64,000 nt of DNA from Candidatus Altimarinota bacterium (lineage in GTDB: Bacteria; Patescibacteriota; Gracilibacteria; JBDHUY01): assembly GCA_039809385.1 (NCBI GenBank), contig JBDHUY010000003.1:96001-160000 (forward strand), given 5' to 3'. The notes under the pieces were generated by a model. The model was given only the letters and a program-made list of their open reading frames with translations. It made no database searches and was not told the DNA's origin. This document shows positions 19,201 through 29,003 of the stretch, one piece after another. The first letter of the stretch is position 1, and every line of letters starts with the position of its first letter. The position numbers and the translations under genes are program-made.

Positions 19201-21195
19201 CTACTCGATCGTCCATTCCAGGGTCGTCGATGTATTCGTATCTTTTGCGAGGGCTTGTAATAGGACTTCTCCTTGTTTTTCGACTCCGCTTTTGTAGCTG
19301 TGGGCTATGATCTTCTGATCCGAGAGAGTATAGATCGTATCGCCGATAAAAAGGCTGCGATCGATCGCACCGTTTTTTCCATTGAAGTATATATCTTCCG
19401 CTGCTTCGGCATGGCTTATTTTCCCTTTCAGATCGAACCCTTTGTCCCGGGTGAGATTATATACATACGCACCCTGAAATTGGTCGTTGCGGAAGGGAAC
19501 GTCGAATGCGACACCGTCGGGTAATTCGTTTACCGAGGTGGTCACCGAAACCGGCAATATCAGCAGATTTCTTTCCCGGTCGAATAGAAAAGCTTTGTGA
19601 TCCGTCAGTACTGGTGAATCGCTGCCCCGGTCGCCGATGATGACTTTATGCAACTCCTTGGGATTTTCGGGATCCCTTACATCGAATAAGGCCATTTTGA
19701 CCCCCTGATACCAGGCAAAATCTCCATTATCTGCTTGAACAGTATCTTTGCCGATGCCGATGATATGATTTTCGTCATACGGATGTAGATAATCCGAATA
19801 GCCGGGTATTTTGAGTTTCCCTAATATTTTGGGATTCTGCGGATCCGACAGATCGACGGTAAAAAACGGATCTACTTTCTTAAACGTTACCAGATAGCCG
19901 CGTTTCCCCATGAAGCGTGCCGAATAGAGGGTTTCGCCGGGAGCGATCCCTTCGATCTGACCGGTTGTTTTCATGGACGGATCCAGTACATACAGATTAT
20001 TTCGACTGCGAATCTCTCCAAAGAAAAATTCGATCAGCGGATCGGTGCGTAAGTTCCGTTCGGTCGTCACTATCCGTAAGTTGCCTTCATACTCGTCGAG
20101 TGAAAACTGATTTAAGACCGTGCCGGGTACATTGCCTTGTCCTTGATATTCGATTGTTCCCTGGTCGAGTCCGAATTTGTATATTTTGGTCTCCTCGGAT
20201 CGTCCGGTCTTGGTCTTTTTACTCGTATCGTTGTAGGAACTTCGGGCGGTTTCGGTAATGTAAAGATGCTCTGCCGAAGCGTAGACGGTTTCTCCGGATC
20301 CGAGAATGACCTCTTTTTCCAACAGGCGCGCGGTATCTCTCAGATCAAATCCTAGCAGGGTTATATACTGTGTGCCGACGCTGTCTGGGATATAGCGTAC
20401 TTCTGTGCAGTCAACCAATGGTTTTTCCGTGTTGCTGATTTTTGAATCGCGATACAGGGGAAGGTACACGTCGTTATTGTTCTTAGTAGCAGAATTTGCG
20501 TAGATGGGGGTATTCAAAACGACATATACCTTGCTGTCTATCATGCGGGAGGTAGTATAGTTGCCGTTCACTTCGAGGGAACGTTCCAGACGAGGCTCGG
20601 TACGATCGGTCAGGTCATAGATTTTCATAAATGTTTCCATGGTCGACGGTATTGAGATAGAGCGTTCTTCTTCGGTAAAGCTGCCTGCTGGAACTGTCGT
20701 GGTTCCGAAGACGACTAAGCGATTGTCTAGGATAAAAAACTCGGTGGCCTGCTGGGAGTTATTATCTGTAAAAGCAATAGTGGCCAGGACTTTCATAGTT
20801 CCCGCAGGCACGGCCTCGACGATATACAGGGTGTTGTTGGACAGTCGATAAATGTATTTGCCGTCGGTTTTGGTCTGGTCGGCTTCGTCGATGCCGGCTA
20901 CCTGAACATTGGTGGTCGAGTAATCTCCGTCAGCTGTGCCTCGTCCGATCGATTCGCTTTTCGTCGCTTGACCCGGAGTGGTCGGAGTCATTTCAAATAA
21001 AGGAGTGTCATGGCGGTATTTTTCTTCTTGATCGACGTGTGTATCAAGATAACTCTGGAGCTCGACGCACGAATCAAAACTGGGAAGTTCCTCGGCCCGG
21101 GTTGTGGGTATCATGCTTAAATTGCCTTTGCATCCGCTCAGGATAGCAGTTGCTAATAGTAGTATGATCAGACTTATGTTTTTTGTTTTTTGCAT
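19201..21195 (-). CDS. Beta-propeller domain lipoprotein (Beta_propel family)
   Basis: Lipobox LSGC; motifs YSTTNVQVAGIDEAD..KTDG, NQFSLDEY, VTFKKVDPFF and LKIPGYSDYLHP. Likely start ATG 21195. Confidence 0.9.
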   Translation of the reverse strand: MQKTKNISLIILLLATAILSGCKGNLSMIPTTRAEELPSFDSCVELQSYLDTHVDQEEKYRHDTPLFEMTPTTPGQATKSESIGRGTADGDYSTTNVQVAGIDEADQTKTDGKYIYRLSNNTLYIVEAVPAGTMKVLATIAFTDNNSQQATEFFILDNRLVVFGTTTVPAGSFTEEERSISIPSTMETFMKIYDLTDRTEPRLERSLEVNGNYTTSRMIDSKVYVVLNTPIYANSATKNNNDVYLPLYRDSKISNTEKPLVDCTEVRYIPDSVGTQYITLLGFDLRDTARLLEKEVILGSGETVYASAEHLYITETARSSYNDTSKKTKTGRSEETKIYKFGLDQGTIEYQGQGNVPGTVLNQFSLDEYEGNLRIVTTERNLRTDPLIEFFFGEIRSRNNLYVLDPSMKTTGQIEGIAPGETLYSARFMGKRGYLVTFKKVDPFFTVDLSDPQNPKILGKLKIPGYSDYLHPYDENHIIGIGKDTVQADNGDFAWYQGVKMALFDVRDPENPKELHKVIIGDRGSDSPVLTDHKAFLFDRERNLLILPVSVTTSVNELPDGVAFDVPFRNDQFQGAYVYNLTRDKGFDLKGKISHAEAAEDIYFNGKNGAIDRSLFIGDTIYTLSDQKIIAHSYKSGVEKQGEVLLQALAKDTNTSTTLEWTIE

Positions 21196-21349
21196 AACGG
21201 TATGATTTACGGAAATAGAATGAAGCTTCATGAAAAACAATGCTTATTTTTATAAGACATTACAAAGAAGCAGGAGTTGCTCATGCTCAACAGCCAGTGG
21301 CTAGCGAAGGAGCCAAAGAGTAGAAATAGAGAAAAATAAGAGGGGGCGA

Positions 21350-22021
21350 CTACTCGCTACTCCTTCTTGTCTTCTTTTTCATTGCGGCTTTTTCTCGGAG
21401 CAGTTTATTTCGCTCGTGGCGTACTTCTTCCATTTCTTCACTTACTGTTCCTAAGGTCTCTCTCAAACCCTCGATAATTGCCAAAAGAGCTTCTTCTCTC
21501 GTAGGATTTTCTGTCGCGGTGAAATCTTGCTGGGGAGGCGGACGGTCTTCAGGAGTAGGAAATGTGGTTAAGAGATTTTTGAGAAGGTCACGAATATCTC
21601 CAAAAAAGTTTACGCTTGGTTTGAAACCCAATGTGCGAACTAAAAAACGCAGTCGAAAGGTGTCGTTTCCCGAGAGCGTTTTCAATTTCCTGAGAAATTG
21701 CAAGAGGTATCTTTCCGCATTAGGATAGGAATAATCTTTTTTTCTATGTTCCGGTAAATTCTTACTACAATTTCGCACCATTTCTTCTACGCTCAAGTTG
21801 GCATTTATCAGAAGAAACTCTATATCCAGCTCGAAAAAGTTCAGAATATTGCTTAGACGCGACCGGTAATTAAGTCTCTGAATCGACTTTCCTTTTTTCG
21901 TTTCATTTTCCGAAAACATACTAATCAGTTCCTCGACCGAAAAAAGTTCCAGTAGGACTTTTAAGTCAGGAGCATCTTGCTCTCGGGTTTCGGGCGGGTT
22001 GGAGGAAGCTCGAAGAGTCAT
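21350..22021 (-). CDS. Hypothetical protein with C-terminal coiled coil
   Basis: ORF of about 223 aa; no recognised family. Confidence 0.6.
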   Translation of the reverse strand: MTLRASSNPPETREQDAPDLKVLLELFSVEELISMFSENETKKGKSIQRLNYRSRLSNILNFFELDIEFLLINANLSVEEMVRNCSKNLPEHRKKDYSYPNAERYLLQFLRKLKTLSGNDTFRLRFLVRTLGFKPSVNFFGDIRDLLKNLLTTFPTPEDRPPPQQDFTATENPTREEALLAIIEGLRETLGTVSEEMEEVRHERNKLLREKAAMKKKTRRSSE

Positions 22022-22201
22022 ACACTGCAAATAATCAAAAATTTGATAGCATGCGTATTATAAAAACTTTTTTGTGTTTTGCAAGAGATATCTTTTCAGC
22101 ACAAAGAGGGCTAACATGGTACTGCCTGCTAAATAAAGTCTGCTTTGACTTTTGAGCTCTTTCGTCTTACTTTTAAACTACTTTTTTCATGAAAAATTTT
22201 T

Positions 22202-23503
22202 ATGAAACAACTGGTAATCGCTCTTCTGACTTTCTTTGCCAAACAAAAACTGCGTCGCTCTCAACCGGTGATTATCGGTATTACCGGCACGGTCGGAAAA
22301 ACGACCACCAAAGAGATCGTTGCTCACCTACTTTCCGCCCAATTCCCCGTCAAAAAAAGTGAAGGGGGTTTGAACAGCGACATCGGTCTGCCATTAACGA
22401 TTCTCAATCAAAAGACCGGATATAATCTTGTTTCCTGGATCAGGATTCTCTTCTTTGGCTTTTTGGAAAGTTTTAAAAAAGAACCGGCCCGCTATTTCGT
22501 GGCCGAAATGGGAGCCGATAAGCCGGGCGATATTGCTCATTTAGTCAGTATCGCTCCTCCGCATATCAGCGTGGTTACCAGCGTGGCGCGGGTGCATTTA
22601 AACGAAGATCAGTTTCGCGACGAAGATGCGATCGCCGCCGAAAAGGCTAAAATTGTTACCGGCTTGGGCGAAAACGATATTGCCATTTTAAACGCGGATA
22701 ATCCCTGGACATTTGCCATGCGCGAAAAAACCAAAGCCCGGGTACTCCTGTTTGGCCATAGCGATCAGGCGCATATCCGCTTAGAAAAGGTCCGCGCTAC
22801 CTTGGAAGGTATTACGTTCGAGGTTTCCTATCAGTCCAGACGTTTCGAATTTCAGGCTCCAGTGGTCGGGAGTTTTCTGGCTTCGACCTTTCTTCCCGCT
22901 ATTCTGATTGCCTTTTTGCTCGATGTTCCGTTGTCCAAAATCCAGGAACGTGTCTCGAGTTTTCGTATGCCCAACGGACGGTTAAGTCTTATCGAGGGTA
23001 TCAACGATTCCTGGATTATTGATAGTAGTTATAACTCTTCCGCGTATGCCTGCCGCGAAGCTTTGCTCACGCTTTCCGCTTTGCCCGGGAATCGCAAGAT
23101 CGCGGTGCTGGGGAATATGAATGAGCTGGGTAGTTTTGCCGAGGAAGAACATCGTGAGATAGGTACGTTTGCGGCCGAGAGATGTGACCTGCTGGTTACC
23201 GTCGGGCAGGATGCCCAGTGGATAGCGGAGGAGGCAAGCGGTCAGAAACCAGGCCGGCAGTCGACAGCTGACAGCCGACAGCTAAGGATCAAAAGCTTCC
23301 TGAATTACCAGCAAGCGGCAGAGTATGTAAAACCACTCATTCAGAAAGGCGATCTGATTTTGGTGAAGGGGTCTCAAAATAAGGTGTTTTTGGAAGAACT
23401 GATCAAGCAGATTATGAAACATCCCGAGACGGCTCACAACGTTCTGGTACGGCAGGGGCCCGAATGGGAGAAAAAGAAAGCCGCTTTTCTGGCTTCGGCT
23501 TAG
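22202..23503 (+). CDS. murF: UDP-N-acetylmuramoyl-tripeptide--D-Ala-D-Ala ligase (short form without N-terminal domain)
   Basis: Motifs GITGTVGKTTTKE, EMG, DSSYNSS, LGNMNELG and LVKGSQ. Confidence 0.92.
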   Translation: MKQLVIALLTFFAKQKLRRSQPVIIGITGTVGKTTTKEIVAHLLSAQFPVKKSEGGLNSDIGLPLTILNQKTGYNLVSWIRILFFGFLESFKKEPARYFVAEMGADKPGDIAHLVSIAPPHISVVTSVARVHLNEDQFRDEDAIAAEKAKIVTGLGENDIAILNADNPWTFAMREKTKARVLLFGHSDQAHIRLEKVRATLEGITFEVSYQSRRFEFQAPVVGSFLASTFLPAILIAFLLDVPLSKIQERVSSFRMPNGRLSLIEGINDSWIIDSSYNSSAYACREALLTLSALPGNRKIAVLGNMNELGSFAEEEHREIGTFAAERCDLLVTVGQDAQWIAEEASGQKPGRQSTADSRQLRIKSFLNYQQAAEYVKPLIQKGDLILVKGSQNKVFLEELIKQIMKHPETAHNVLVRQGPEWEKKKAAFLASA

Positions 23504-23652
23504 TAATATTTCAAGAGAGGATATTATCCAAGCTAAAAGATAAAAAAATCCTAACTTTTTAGCAAAAGGTATCTTCTTATTTTGCAATTGTAAGGATATT
23601 TGAATACCATGATTGTAGATAATATATTCTGTTATCTCTTTATAAATACCTT

Positions 23653-23892
23653 ATGAATAATAAGAAGAAACAGCCTGAAAAAAATCAGACTCAAAACTTT
23701 CCCCCTGCTTTGTATGCTTCTGTCTTTCGATCTACGGTGACTGATCGAGATCTTTTTTTAGAATGTTTTCAACCTGCCGGAGATAATACGTTCTCGTTAA
23801 TAGCAAGACTGGTAATGCCCCTTGCTTCTGCTCAGGAGCTGAATGATCTTATGAAGCAGCAATTAGAAAAAAATAAGAAAAGTAATACGTAG
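23653..23892 (+). CDS. Small protein, DUF3467-like
   Basis: Pattern Y.s.f......dlfleCfQ.....iARLVMP...AqEL..LM. First gene of an AT-rich three-gene cluster. Confidence 0.55.
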   Translation: MNNKKKQPEKNQTQNFPPALYASVFRSTVTDRDLFLECFQPAGDNTFSLIARLVMPLASAQELNDLMKQQLEKNKKSNT

Positions 23893-23909
23893 TCATTTTC
23901 TTTTTTTCC

Positions 23910-24113
23910 ATGATTATAAAGGATAAAGCTATTTATGGTGGTAAAGCTATTATACAAGGAACAAGACTTCCTGTTTCTTCTATTTTAGCTATGCTTGCGG
24001 ATGGAAAAACTCCCAAACAGATAGTTAAGAGAATCAACTCCTTCCATAAAACAGACCTAAAAGAAAAAGATATTAGAGAGGCTTTGGAATATAGTATTAC
24101 AGTATTGAAATAA
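23910..24113 (+). CDS. DUF433-family antitoxin
   Basis: GGKAIIQGTRLPVSSIL..LA.G.T...I...L...DIREALEY. Confidence 0.9.
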   Translation: MIIKDKAIYGGKAIIQGTRLPVSSILAMLADGKTPKQIVKRINSFHKTDLKEKDIREALEYSITVLK

Positions 24114-24508
24114 TGAAAAAGCTCATTCAAGTAAAGAGGGTTAAGCAAAAGCCTAAAATAGCTGTTGATGCAGACAGTACGTTTTTAATAGCTAAAATCA
24201 GTAAAAAGAATGCAAAGTTACGATCCGTGGTAGATTTTACAAATTCCCCCGCGGCTGAAGATAAAGTAGTTTATACTATGGCTAATAAGGCCAATTATCA
24301 TGTATTGACGGGTAATATTTCTGATTTTTTTAAATTTCCAAAGAGTAAAAAAGATGTTGGAGTGATAGGACACAGAAATCCGATTGATTCAAAGTCTACC
24401 CAAAAGGAACTTGCTGATTTCCTTAAAAAAGTCTCACATGAGGATTTATTTGGAAAATGTATTGTCGTAGATCATCAAGGAATAAAAGTAATCAAGAACT
24501 TTTCATAG
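24113..24508 (+). CDS. DUF5615/PIN-like toxin
   Basis: AVDAD, ED..V...A....VLTGNISDF. TAATG overlap with the DUF433 gene. Confidence 0.7.
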   Translation: MKKLIQVKRVKQKPKIAVDADSTFLIAKISKKNAKLRSVVDFTNSPAAEDKVVYTMANKANYHVLTGNISDFFKFPKSKKDVGVIGHRNPIDSKSTQKELADFLKKVSHEDLFGKCIVVDHQGIKVIKNFS

Positions 24509-24586
24509 AAGGCGTTATGTATTGTTAAGAAACTTTGACATTGTTATACTCTAGCTGTCTTACTTTTCTCTTTTTCTATACAAATC

Positions 24587-26740
24587 ATGCAACGATTCTC
24601 GCTGCGTTTTGGGGTACTCTCTTTGTTTGTGTTTGGGGCGCTTTTTTCCATGCTGCCTCTTAACTCAACCCGCGGAGCCGCGGCGGTATATACTGTAGCC
24701 AATAATGTGGTGTACAAAGACGGTAATCCCATTGTGCTCAGGGGTGTCAACTGGTTTGGATTCGAGACGAACAATCACGTAGTGCATGGCTTGTGGGCGA
24801 GAAATTATAAAGAGATGATCCAGCAGATCAAGGATACTGGTTTTAACGCCGTCCGATTGCCATTTTGTCCGGCAGTGCTCAGCAGCGCTTCGGCTGATTC
24901 GATCGATTTTGCCAAAAATCAGGATTTGCAGGGATTAAACAGTCTGCAAATCTTTGATAAGATCGTCGACGAATTTAACAGCAAACAAATTTACATACTG
25001 CTCGATCATCATAGACCCGATTGTAACGCTATCAGCGAACTGTGGTATACTGACAGTTATTCCGAAGGTCAGTGGATCGCCGATCTGAAAAATGTGGCCG
25101 AGCGCTACAAAGACCGCGAGTATTTTATGGGAATCGACCTAAAAAACGAACCCCACGGGCAGGTCAACTGGGGCAGCGGCGATGGTGCCAAAGACTGGAA
25201 ACTGGCTGCCGAAAAAGCCGGCGAAGCTATTCTGACTTCCAACCCCAATATTTTGATCTTTGTTGAAGGAATCCAGGAAAGCTCCAACTGTTCAGGGAAT
25301 ATCGGTCACTGGTGGGGCGGTAATCTGGAACCGCAAAGTTGTTTTCCGATCTCGAACAAGATTCCGGCCAACAAACTGGTTCTTTCTCCTCATGTCTACG
25401 GCCCCGATGTCTATAATCAATCCTATTTTACTACAAGCGATTTCCCGGCTAATCTTCCCGCGATCTGGGATGCGCATTTTGGACAATTTGTGGACAAAGG
25501 TTTCACCGTGATTCCGGGAGAATGGGGCGGCAAATATGGGAACGGCGGCGATCCGAAGGATGTGACTTGGCAGAATGCGATCGTGGACTACTACAAGCAG
25601 AAAAAAATATGCAGTTCGTTTTACTGGAGCTGGAATCCTAATTCGGGCGATACCGGCGGGGTGTTGAAAGACGATTGGACCACGGTGTGGGATAATAAAA
25701 AAACGCTGCTCCAGGGCTATTTTAGTGGTTGTCAGGTAACAGGATCTTCTTCCGGTAGTTCCTCTGGTGTCGGTTCCTCTACTTCTAGCTCCAGTACGTC
25801 TTCGGGCGGTTCTCCCACCAGTTCGAGCTCCGGAACCGGTTCGACCTCCAGCTCCTCCTCGGGAGGTACGACGAGTTCTTCTTCCACCTCTTCCGGCGGT
25901 AGTACCTCATCCTCTTCTTCCAGCTCCGGCACGGGGTCAACCAGCGGAGGATCCTCTACGAGTTCGAGTTCCGGTTCTAGTTCAGGGACAGGCTCGTCTT
26001 CGGGGAGTGGTTCTTCTTCGTCCGGCAGTTCTTCGGGAAGTAGTAGTGGCGGTAGTGCCACTGTTTCGCATCTGGCTTGTGTGAATAATCAGTGTACACG
26101 GGTTTCGGGATCGGGAAACGACGAATGTTCCACGATAGGCGTTGCTTGCGGCAATTTGCCAGTATCTCCTTTTCTCGACGTTGCAACGAGTCATTGGGCT
26201 TTCGAAGCGATCGATCAGATTTTTCGCAATGGGGTTACCAAAGGTTGTTCAACGGGCCGCTATTGCCCCGAGATGTCGGTGACGCGGGCGCAAATGGCTG
26301 TGTTTCTTGAGCGCGTATTGCATGGCGCTAACTACAATCCGCCTCAGGCTGCCGGGATATTTGCGGATGTTCCCGTTTTTCCGCTGAAACATTGGGCGGC
26401 CGATTTTATTGAACAGCTCTCCAGTGAAAAATTCACTAAAGGCTGCGCTCAGAATCCGAATCGTTTCTGTCCTGATAAAGGATTAACCCGGGCCGAGATG
26501 GCGGTCTTTCTCTTACGTATCAAATATGGAGAAAATTACGCTCCTTCCACGATATCTTCTTCCCGTTTCAAGGATGTTGCTTCCTCCTACTGGGCGTCCG
26601 CATGGATTGAAAAGCTGGCGCAGGACGGCATTACCCAGGGGTGTAACGGCAACAACTTCTGTCCCGAAAAACCGGTAAACCGCGCTGAAATGGCCGTTTT
26701 TCTCGTGCGTGCTTTCGGCTCGTCGGTGGGAATACGGTAG
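24587..26740 (+). CDS. Secreted GH5 endoglucanase with Ser/Gly linker and C-terminal SLH domains
   Basis: Motifs GVNWFGFET, HGLW, DLKNEPH (acid/base Glu), SPHVYGP, GEWGG (nucleophile) and WSWNPNSGDTGG. Three SLH repeats (FxDV..HWA...TRAxMAVFL). Confidence 0.93.
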   Translation: MQRFSLRFGVLSLFVFGALFSMLPLNSTRGAAAVYTVANNVVYKDGNPIVLRGVNWFGFETNNHVVHGLWARNYKEMIQQIKDTGFNAVRLPFCPAVLSSASADSIDFAKNQDLQGLNSLQIFDKIVDEFNSKQIYILLDHHRPDCNAISELWYTDSYSEGQWIADLKNVAERYKDREYFMGIDLKNEPHGQVNWGSGDGAKDWKLAAEKAGEAILTSNPNILIFVEGIQESSNCSGNIGHWWGGNLEPQSCFPISNKIPANKLVLSPHVYGPDVYNQSYFTTSDFPANLPAIWDAHFGQFVDKGFTVIPGEWGGKYGNGGDPKDVTWQNAIVDYYKQKKICSSFYWSWNPNSGDTGGVLKDDWTTVWDNKKTLLQGYFSGCQVTGSSSGSSSGVGSSTSSSSTSSGGSPTSSSSGTGSTSSSSSGGTTSSSSTSSGGSTSSSSSSSGTGSTSGGSSTSSSSGSSSGTGSSSGSGSSSSGSSSGSSSGGSATVSHLACVNNQCTRVSGSGNDECSTIGVACGNLPVSPFLDVATSHWAFEAIDQIFRNGVTKGCSTGRYCPEMSVTRAQMAVFLERVLHGANYNPPQAAGIFADVPVFPLKHWAADFIEQLSSEKFTKGCAQNPNRFCPDKGLTRAEMAVFLLRIKYGENYAPSTISSSRFKDVASSYWASAWIEKLAQDGITQGCNGNNFCPEKPVNRAEMAVFLVRAFGSSVGIR
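25741..26056 (+). repeat. Low-complexity Ser/Gly/Thr linker within the GH5-SLH gene
   Basis: About 105 codons almost entirely S, G and T, with diversified codons. Confidence 0.9.
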
Positions 26741-26747
26741 GAGCAAG

Positions 26748-26956
26748 TGGTTAGCGGTTAGTTTTCCAGTATGTCATCCCGGCTTGTCCGAGATCCGAAA
26801 ACACCTCGAGCTTGCTTAAAGTACGTAGTGACGAGTAAATTCACAAGAACGATTGAATCTGTTCTCGACTAGCTAACAACGGACATTACTCTCGTTTACT
26901 CATTGTACTAAGAGTTCCGCGACTCCCCATGCCCATGGCGTGCATACTGGAGTGAC
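26748..26956. repeat. Decayed nested repeats between convergent genes
   Basis: GTCATCCCGGCTTGTCCGAGATCC (26773-26796) and GACTCC...GGAGTGAC (26921-26956) enclose inverted AGTAC..ACGAGTAA / TTACTC..GTACT arms. Confidence 0.45.
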
Positions 26957-27048
26957 TTTGCTAGTAGATTATTTATCAATTCCATTTCAAAATAGTGAGA
27001 GATCCGACCATAATAATTTCTTATACATTACAAGAAAATGAATAGTGT

Positions 27049-27484
27049 TTATCTTTCATTTTTTTTGTTATCAATAAAAACGAAATTCCCTAAAAATGCC
27101 GGAATAAATTTCTGATGGCCCACAAATATTTCTTCTGGTAGCTCTTTTATATCAAACCATTGCCACTTAGCAAATTTTTCAGGTTCCATTACTCTGGCCT
27201 CTCCCTCGAAATCTTTCGCCAGGAAGTTGATATGAATGTAGTGACTCTCATCCCGCGGGTCGTTTATTATATGCAAAAAATCTAAATTTTTCACTATAAT
27301 ACCGGTTTCCTCCTCTAATTCTCTCTGTGCCCCCTTGATCAAGGACTCTCCGTATTCAAAATGTCCGCCGGGTAGGCACCAAGTGTTCCGTATCCCGTTT
27401 TTCCGATCCTTTTCCAAGCAAAATCTTGTTATTTCTTAACAGAAAAACATTCACCCCGATTCTCACTTGTGCTTTCTGCTCCAT
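27049..27484 (-). pseudogene. NUDIX hydrolase with frameshifted 5' end
   Basis: ATG 27484 reads MEQKAQVRIGVNVFLLRNNKILLGK, then goes out of frame with WCLPGGHFEYGE...AQRELEEETG (Nudix box). Confidence 0.75.
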
Positions 27485-27539
27485 AAATAGAAGAATAGTT
27501 AAAAGGTAAAATATTTCTCACCCACTGAAAATTGTATTT

Positions 27540-28619
27540 CTATTGAAGCTGCTCCGGCCCTACCAGTCGATCATACCGCCGGCCATTAAACATAATTGTA
27601 GGGATTTTGATCGTTTTGATCTTCTTTTCTACGATCTCACGATTTTTTTGCAGTTTTTCACTGATTTGATCCGACAGAGCCAACTGGTCAATCTGCCGGA
27701 TTTCGGCATCGGTATAGCCGATGGTCCCAAGCATCTTGCGTAATTCGCTTACGGCACGTTCCTTATCGTAGAGTAAATTGAAGCTGTTCTGGTACTCCTG
27801 CCCGTTTTCGTCGCTACCGGTAAACATCATTTCGAGCAGCTGCCAGTCGGGGGAAACTCCGCTGGGATTGCTCGTTAAGGGAGTTTGTTGAAGCGCCAAT
27901 AAATACCGTGTGACGAGTTCCGAATGCACGAATTTAAATTCTCCCGGTCTCGTTACATCCGGAATCGGGTAGGGGATATAGGTCAAATTATAGTTTCTTT
28001 CAAAACTAGCCGTTTTTATGTTTTTGAACAGCTGTTTGCAAAATTTACAACCTGGGTCGATCACTTCGAGCGCGACCGGTTTGGTTTCGTCAAATCGGGT
28101 GTAGTAGCTTGGGTTTTCGGGCAGAAACTCGCGCACGTCCCAACTACGGATTCGATCCGGGATGCGCGAAACCGTTTCGGCAAACGTAATGAACGGCTGG
28201 GCGAGCCATTCTCCGAAACGATTTTGAGATATCGCATCCGGCAGGCTTAGCTGATTGGTGCCGATCCCGCAGGCTTCTCCGGAGAGCGAGCACGATTCGC
28301 CGCTGACCGGATCGCACGTGTCGTAGACCCACAGGTTCAAACCCGCAAGTGTCACCGATACCAGGCTCCAGATACTCAGCGCGACAAACGCAAAGGCAAA
28401 CCAGTCCAACCATTTATCCAGAAACTTGGCTAAACGCGGCCGTTTAAGGATCATTTTTCCCAGTAATCGGCTTTTGACCTCTTCGCCGAAATTGATGTCA
28501 CATGGTTTGAACGTAATTCGTTTCCGGACGCAATACCACGCTTTGGCGGTCAGACTCCGGTACTTCGCGGAAAAGATTCCCAGAATAGCAAAAACGATGA
28601 AGGCGGCGATACAGAGCAT
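27540..28619 (-). CDS. Membrane protein with Cys-rich N-terminus and C-terminal thioredoxin/DsbA-like domain
   Basis: TM segments, DPGCKFC (CxxC) and a terminal IPTIMFNGR cis-Pro-loop-like motif. Confidence 0.75.
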   Translation of the reverse strand: MLCIAAFIVFAILGIFSAKYRSLTAKAWYCVRKRITFKPCDINFGEEVKSRLLGKMILKRPRLAKFLDKWLDWFAFAFVALSIWSLVSVTLAGLNLWVYDTCDPVSGESCSLSGEACGIGTNQLSLPDAISQNRFGEWLAQPFITFAETVSRIPDRIRSWDVREFLPENPSYYTRFDETKPVALEVIDPGCKFCKQLFKNIKTASFERNYNLTYIPYPIPDVTRPGEFKFVHSELVTRYLLALQQTPLTSNPSGVSPDWQLLEMMFTGSDENGQEYQNSFNLLYDKERAVSELRKMLGTIGYTDAEIRQIDQLALSDQISEKLQKNREIVEKKIKTIKIPTIMFNGRRYDRLVGPEQLQ

Positions 28620-28631
28620 GTAGAATTGTTG

Positions 28632-29003
28632 TTAAGGCGTATTAATGATTTCTATTTCTTTAACTTTTCTCATATCTCTATCATAACTCACTAATTTTTT
28701 ACCATAAACAAAACAAGTGGCGGCAATGATTGCGTCAGGTGTTTCTAGGCGATAAACTTTTCTAAAATCGGCTGCTTTTCTTGCGATAAAGGAATCAACC
28801 GGCACAATAAAAACACTCTGCATCCACAAGCTCATGAAAATAAATTCTTCCGACGTTTGTTCTGTGTATGAAAAAAGCTCAATCTCGGTGATTGTAGAAA
28901 TAACGAACTTACTTCCTAGGTTTCTTAGATTATCTAGGAATGTAACAGTGTGATTATTCCCCTTGAAGTAGTTAACAATCGCATTTGTATCTAATACAAT
29001 CAT
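28632..29003 (-). CDS. vapC: PIN-domain toxin (VapC family)
   Basis: Motifs IVLDTN, ISTITEIEL, PDAIIAAT and LVSYD. ATGA overlap with the upstream antitoxin (alternative start 29009). Confidence 0.9.
   Translation of the reverse strand: MIVLDTNAIVNYFKGNNHTVTFLDNLRNLGSKFVISTITEIELFSYTEQTSEEFIFMSLWMQSVFIVPVDSFIARKAADFRKVYRLETPDAIIAATCFVYGKKLVSYDRDMRKVKEIEIINTP

Noticed and set aside
25732-26194. Glu/Pro-rich and other ORFs overlapping the GH5 linker
   Set aside because: These are shadow frames of the Ser/Gly low-complexity linker.
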